Of a DNA stretch of 38,671 nucleotides, positions 35,184-38,671 are shown piece by piece. The stretch comes from a virus (taxonomy: Duplodnaviria > Caudoviricetes). Each line of letters starts with the position of its first letter. Position 1 is the first letter of the stretch. The stretch is from the IMG/VR virus record IMGVR_UViG_3300026543_000029, positions 1 to 38,671 of that record; one strand, 5' to 3'. The translations under genes and the position numbers were made by a program. The notes below the pieces were generated by a model. It was not told the DNA's origin. It searched no databases and worked only from the letters and a program-made list of their open reading frames with translations.

Positions 35184-35788
35184 TAGCGTCCTCCCAGAGA
35201 CATGCCTTGTGCCCGCTCAAAGAGTCCTATGTCTAAGACCCTGTCTGCATTTGTCCTGATTAGATCAGATGTATTGGTACTAAACTGTCCCTCACTGGAA
35301 CGAAACCCCTGAAGCTGCTGAATGATAACCTGCCTGTCCCCTATTCTGGTGTTCTGTCTTGTCTGCCTGTCAAGCACCGCAAAGGCCTCCTCTCTTGCAT
35401 CTATTCTGACTCGCTTATCTAACAGGCCACCAGGGCGCTGTAGCTCTTGAACTATCATGGGGATAAGGCTGGGAATGATAGCCAATGCTGCTGCTGGACC
35501 TAGTGACGCACCTGCTCTACTTAGAAGTCCTGTCAGGTCACCTCTTGAGGCTCTAAGGGCAAGCCCGACATCACCGCCCTTTACTCCTATACCCCCGCTT
35601 GTATCAGATGCTTCCGTATTGGATTCGCCTGTAATTGATAGCCCCTCACTTGGGAATGCTGGAGACTGAAAGCCTGCCACATCGATTACGGTGTTAATCT
35701 TTGGCGAGTCTCCCCCTGCCGAGGTTATAGTAGTATTCAACAGTGCAAAGCGAATCATCTCGTTTACCTGATCTATTGTCAAGGTCAT
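35183..35788 (-). CDS. Short tape-measure-like protein
   Basis: Gly/Ala-rich with a hydrophobic helix; between the tube and Dit candidates. Confidence 0.35.
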   Translation of the reverse strand: MTLTIDQVNEMIRFALLNTTITSAGGDSPKINTVIDVAGFQSPAFPSEGLSITGESNTEASDTSGGIGVKGGDVGLALRASRGDLTGLLSRAGASLGPAAALAIIPSLIPMIVQELQRPGGLLDKRVRIDAREEAFAVLDRQTRQNTRIGDRQVIIQQLQGFRSSEGQFSTNTSDLIRTNADRVLDIGLFERAQGMSLGGR

Positions 35789-36201
35789 GATATCGTCACC
35801 GTATTACCTGTAATTCTTACAAAGATGTCTATTAACAGCTTGTTCTCCCCCCGTCTTACAAAGTAGTCTCTTAGAACCCCTGTGGCTGCAAACGTCTTAG
35901 CTGAACCTGTGATGGGTGTTGCAACCAGTTTCCACAATGTTGATGTTGCCGCCCCTGATGTTAGTTGCGTCAGGGTATTCAATGAGGACAGCTCGGGAGT
36001 TGTCAGCATGAGGGTACAAGTGAAAAAATTATCGCCCATGCCAAAGGTATAGTTTGGACCAGAATCGTTTGTGGTCTGTCTTAGTTCGTTGTTTCCCACT
36101 CTGATGGCAAGATCCCTGACAAACGGGTAGATGTCAGAGCCAACCTCCAGGGTGAACTCGTCATTATTTACAAACTCTGCAATAGCACCAAGATCAGCCA
36201 G
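35785..36201 (-). CDS. Putative tail tube protein (probable CTG start at 36201)
   Basis: Frame open to CTG-GCT-GAT (MADLG...) with GGTGG SD; Thr-rich, TF.ATG, terminal VTIS. Confidence 0.5.
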   Translation of the reverse strand: MADLGAIAEFVNNDEFTLEVGSDIYPFVRDLAIRVGNNELRQTTNDSGPNYTFGMGDNFFTCTLMLTTPELSSLNTLTQLTSGAATSTLWKLVATPITGSAKTFAATGVLRDYFVRRGENKLLIDIFVRITGNTVTIS

Positions 36202-36676
36202 AAGATGCCACCGCCTTTAATATTACCACTTGTCCCTGCCTATCATGTCCTACTAGGGAGGTCTCAAGATCCCTAACCTGCTGGACTATACAGGAATCCA
36301 CCGTAGCCCCAAGATTATAGTCCTCTGTTATTTCCTGCTTGATTAGTTTGACAAAGTCATCAATGACCTCCTCTACCGTTGAGCCTCGCTTCCGTTGTGC
36401 TATTAGAATAATCCTAAAAAACATTGTATGCTCCAAGCCCTTTATGGCGTTTGACTGAACCGCGCCTATCTGTCTTAGAGTATCTATGGTGTTCTCATGT
36501 GTTACCCAGATGTGTGGAAGAGTGGTCTCGGTCTTTAGGATTGACATTCGTGGTGCCCCCTCCTCTATCACCCTGACCTTGTTGTCTGCCCCAGTTGCAC
36601 TAAACAATGTAGAATTGGTTTTTAGAATTGTTACTATCTGCTGTTTTATGGCAAAGGTATCGATATCAGTTGCCAT
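36194..36676 (-). CDS. Tail terminator / head-tail joining protein
   Basis: IKQQIVTILK, LPHIWV, NLGATVDS pattern; position. Confidence 0.55.
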   Translation of the reverse strand: MATDIDTFAIKQQIVTILKTNSTLFSATGADNKVRVIEEGAPRMSILKTETTLPHIWVTHENTIDTLRQIGAVQSNAIKGLEHTMFFRIILIAQRKRGSTVEEVIDDFVKLIKQEITEDYNLGATVDSCIVQQVRDLETSLVGHDRQGQVVILKAVASSG

Positions 36677-36679
36677 GAC

Positions 36680-37066
36680 TCACCACAGAGCGAACTCATG
36701 CTGTGTGCCAGACTGATAATTGGAATTGAACCTCTCCACGATGTATGGCTTGCCTTCCACGGCTCTCTGTAGGGTAAGTCCCTCCTTTAGAATCTCAAAC
36801 TGTTCCATGAAAAATTTAGAGGTAATGTCATCGCCTCTGTGTTGTTTATATAATGCTGCTGCGTATAATGCTGCCATCTGCTTTAGGTCATTTTGAACTA
36901 CCGAGGTAGCAATAGGAATTTTTTCATCGTGAATTAGTAAAATATTATCAAGGTGCTGATCGGCTACAAGACCAAGTTCATCAAGAAAGGTGTCATCTGC
37001 TGCATCACTTGTAGAGATTTCTAATAATCTTTTAGTACGATCTTGGTCGTAATAAACGCCAGCCAT
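36680..37066 (-). CDS. Head-tail adaptor (gp6/gp15-like)
   Basis: YY...KRLL.I...DD.FL......AD..LD pattern; own late promoter. Confidence 0.65.
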   Translation of the reverse strand: MAGVYYDQDRTKRLLEISTSDAADDTFLDELGLVADQHLDNILLIHDEKIPIATSVVQNDLKQMAALYAAALYKQHRGDDITSKFFMEQFEILKEGLTLQRAVEGKPYIVERFNSNYQSGTQHEFALW

Positions 37067-37097
37067 ACAATAGGATATCTCTGTATTGATTTAGGAA

Positions 37098-37589
37098 CTA
37101 ATTCAAGTCTATCTCGTAATCTACTGACATGTCCTGAAGCATGCCTAGTGTGACATGCTCCCTAGTCGCTTGCCTCTTGTCGTATTTATAATGCCATTCT
37201 AACAGCTGGAACGGCACGACCTCACAAAAGTTTCCATATACCACATGATCGAATTTCTTGTAGTTTTCCAGCTGTTGCAGGATAAGCTCGTGGTGTATCT
37301 TCTTGGCATCTGCTGTCACCCGTATGACAGGATCAAACTCATACTCCTTGGCACAATGGTAATATCTGGCTATAACGTCACACTCTGAGCCAAAGAAGAC
37401 ATTTTTCCCTGGTAGCATTTCTGCTATCTTCTTATCTCCAAAGGGAACGGCTACCACCACAGGTAACTTTGTCAGCTCGCACTGTGCTAGAACGATATCA
37501 ATCAATCTTGTATTGTTGATGTATTCCAGTATCTTGTTTGGGAAGCGCCTTGATTTTAAGCGAGCCTGGATGATTATGCCTGGATTCAG
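37098..37589 (-). CDS. spsF: SpsF-type acylneuraminate cytidylyltransferase (probable CTG or ATT start)
   Basis: Upstream extension gives IIIQARLKSRRFPNKIL; also GSE.DV..RY, IRVTAD, REHVT, SVDYEID. Confidence 0.85.
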   Translation of the reverse strand: MNPGIIIQARLKSRRFPNKILEYINNTRLIDIVLAQCELTKLPVVVAVPFGDKKIAEMLPGKNVFFGSECDVIARYYHCAKEYEFDPVIRVTADAKKIHHELILQQLENYKKFDHVVYGNFCEVVPFQLLEWHYKYDKRQATREHVTLGMLQDMSVDYEIDLN

Positions 37590-37592
37590 AAT

Positions 37593-37757
37593 TTACACTC
37601 CTGTGTATTTATCAATTATACCCCTCCGTTTTGCATATTCTATCATTTCAGGTTTCAAAACACATTCAATATGATAGTGTTTACCATCAGCAAAACCTCT
37701 AATGAATTGGCCTTTGATACTTTTCCCACAAGTTTTACATACTGTCTTATTTGTCAA
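37593..37757 (-). CDS. Half-LIM-like Zn-finger microprotein (54 aa)
   Basis: CKTCGKSI...GKHYHIEC. Confidence 0.6.
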   Translation of the reverse strand: MTNKTVCKTCGKSIKGQFIRGFADGKHYHIECVLKPEMIEYAKRRGIIDKYTGV

Positions 37758-37833
37758 ATTCACACCTATCTATTTTATGAGAATAAGAACCACATTTACC
37801 ACACCTAATAATCTCAGTTTTACATTTAGCCAT
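37747..37833 (-). CDS. CCHC zinc-knuckle microprotein (28 aa)
   Basis: CGKCGSYSHKIDRC = C-x2-C-x4-H-x4-C; overlaps both neighbours. Confidence 0.5.
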   Translation of the reverse strand: MAKCKTEIIRCGKCGSYSHKIDRCEFDK

Positions 37834-38563
37834 TTATCCTCAGCTTATCTAGTTCGGCATCTATGATATAATCTTCATGATATAGAAGACCGCCTGAGCA
37901 GTTTACTATAGTCTCCTTAGGCCACTGCTTTGCAAAGTACCAAAAGTCTGTTTGCCATGTGTGGTATGTGGCTGGCGGGTATGTCATGCCAGTATGCTCC
38001 ATTCCTACCAGAACAATCTTGTCGGCCTTTAGGTATTCTTTGGCGTAACATATGGCAAATATCCCACAGTTGGATGCCCTAGGCTCGTCATGGTATGTGA
38101 ATCGCTCAAATGTACCATACTTGTTTACGTGCTTTGCTATATGGCCTCGTGTAATGGATGAGCCTACCACTATCGTATCCTTTAGATATTTGGGATCAAA
38201 GAGTTCAGGGTTTATTATTTTCTTGTTCTCTTCTAGGGTCATTACATAATCAGGGATTAGACCCTTTTTGGCAAACTCGTTAAACATTATCTCAACTAAT
38301 ACAACCTTCCCAGGAAACCTCTTTATCGCCTCAAGGTTCATTCTAGCTGATGGACCACCGCCTACGATGAGAACTGGGTTCTTAGCTAGGATAGAGTTCT
38401 TTTTCATATAGGCTGGCCTTGTGGTGGGTACCCTGCCGCCTCGCATCTCCATTAATCTCTCGGTTATCTGCTGCCTGAACTCTTCAGGCTTCATGCCCAT
38501 AGCCTCTGCGTGCTCTCTCTGGGAAATAGTAAGGTCGCCCTTTGAGTTAAGGTGTGTTCCCAT
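37826..38563 (-). CDS. Maf/DUF115 family protein, paralog 3
   Basis: VLIVGGGPS, IPDYVMTLE, SNCGIFAICYA, ADKIVLVGME, VNCSGG. Confidence 0.72.
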   Translation of the reverse strand: MGTHLNSKGDLTISQREHAEAMGMKPEEFRQQITERLMEMRGGRVPTTRPAYMKKNSILAKNPVLIVGGGPSARMNLEAIKRFPGKVVLVEIMFNEFAKKGLIPDYVMTLEENKKIINPELFDPKYLKDTIVVGSSITRGHIAKHVNKYGTFERFTYHDEPRASNCGIFAICYAKEYLKADKIVLVGMEHTGMTYPPATYHTWQTDFWYFAKQWPKETIVNCSGGLLYHEDYIIDAELDKLRING

Positions 38564-38671
38564 CTTTCTCCAGAATCTTTTGAAGCTCGTCTCTTAGTTT
38601 TTTATCATTTAATGAAAAATTATTTTCATTTGTTCCTAATTCTTCAATTCGTTTTTTCAATCGTTCATAGA
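38547..38671 (-). CDS. 3' part of the junction-spanning LTKDDF-family ORF
   Basis: YERLKKRIEE...ELQKILEKDGNTP*. Confidence 0.75.
   Translation of the reverse strand, partial: YERLKKRIEELGTNENNFSLNDKKLRDELQKILEKDGNTP

Larger units (their letters stand above)
25..38671. mobile_element. Apparently complete genome of a head-tailed virus, probably archaeal
   Basis: Terminase, portal, protease, MCP and tail genes are present. Ends overlap (TTCATAGA at 25-32 and 38664-38671) with an ORF continuous across the join. Archaeal-type promoters. Confidence 0.9.

Noticed and set aside
25-38671. CRISPR array, tRNA, integrase/att, DGR, amoC-type auxiliary genes
   Set aside because: No repeat-spacer array, cloverleaf, recombinase, reverse transcriptase or amo-like ORF was seen by eye
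25-38671. Apparent abundance of CTAG as the methyltransferase target
   Set aside because: Impression only; it needs an observed/expected k-mer count that I cannot run

Overview
Apart from a 24-nt Nextera/Tn5 adapter at the 5' end, this window looks like one complete, circular-mapping genome (about 38.6 kb) of a head-tailed dsDNA virus (Caudoviricetes-like). The two ends join through an 8-nt overlap, and an ORF reads in frame across the join. The host is probably archaeal, based on TATA-box leaderless promoters, an oligo-T terminator, an RHH protein and many Zn-finger microproteins. Nitrososphaeria is a guess that needs a database search. Almost all genes are on the minus strand: terminase, portal, fibre/beta-helix proteins, prohead protease, major capsid protein (MCP), head-tail adaptor, tail terminator, tube, short tape-measure candidate, Dit/hub and fibre. 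These are followed by a membrane/secreted cluster containing two metzincin-motif proteases. A divergent early control region lies near 23.7 kb. No integrase, polymerase, primase or helicase is recognisable. The stand-out feature is a virus-encoded nonulosonic-acid (pseudaminic/legionaminic-like) glycosylation system wrapped around the MCP gene. It comprises a DegT/PseC-like aminotransferase, NeuB/PseI synthase, GNAT, N-acetyl-sugar amidotransferase, Pse-type methyltransferase, sulfotransferase, PhyH-like dioxygenase, three Maf/DUF115 paralogs and an SpsF cytidylyltransferase. Other observations are a candidate -1 frameshift fusing a head-region protein to a KTSC domain, a conserved TAGTTCY late-promoter motif, a candidate hairpin sRNA, probable CTG starts, and a paralog family with conserved anchors around variable inserts. 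All function calls come from motif recognition by eye; no searches were run.
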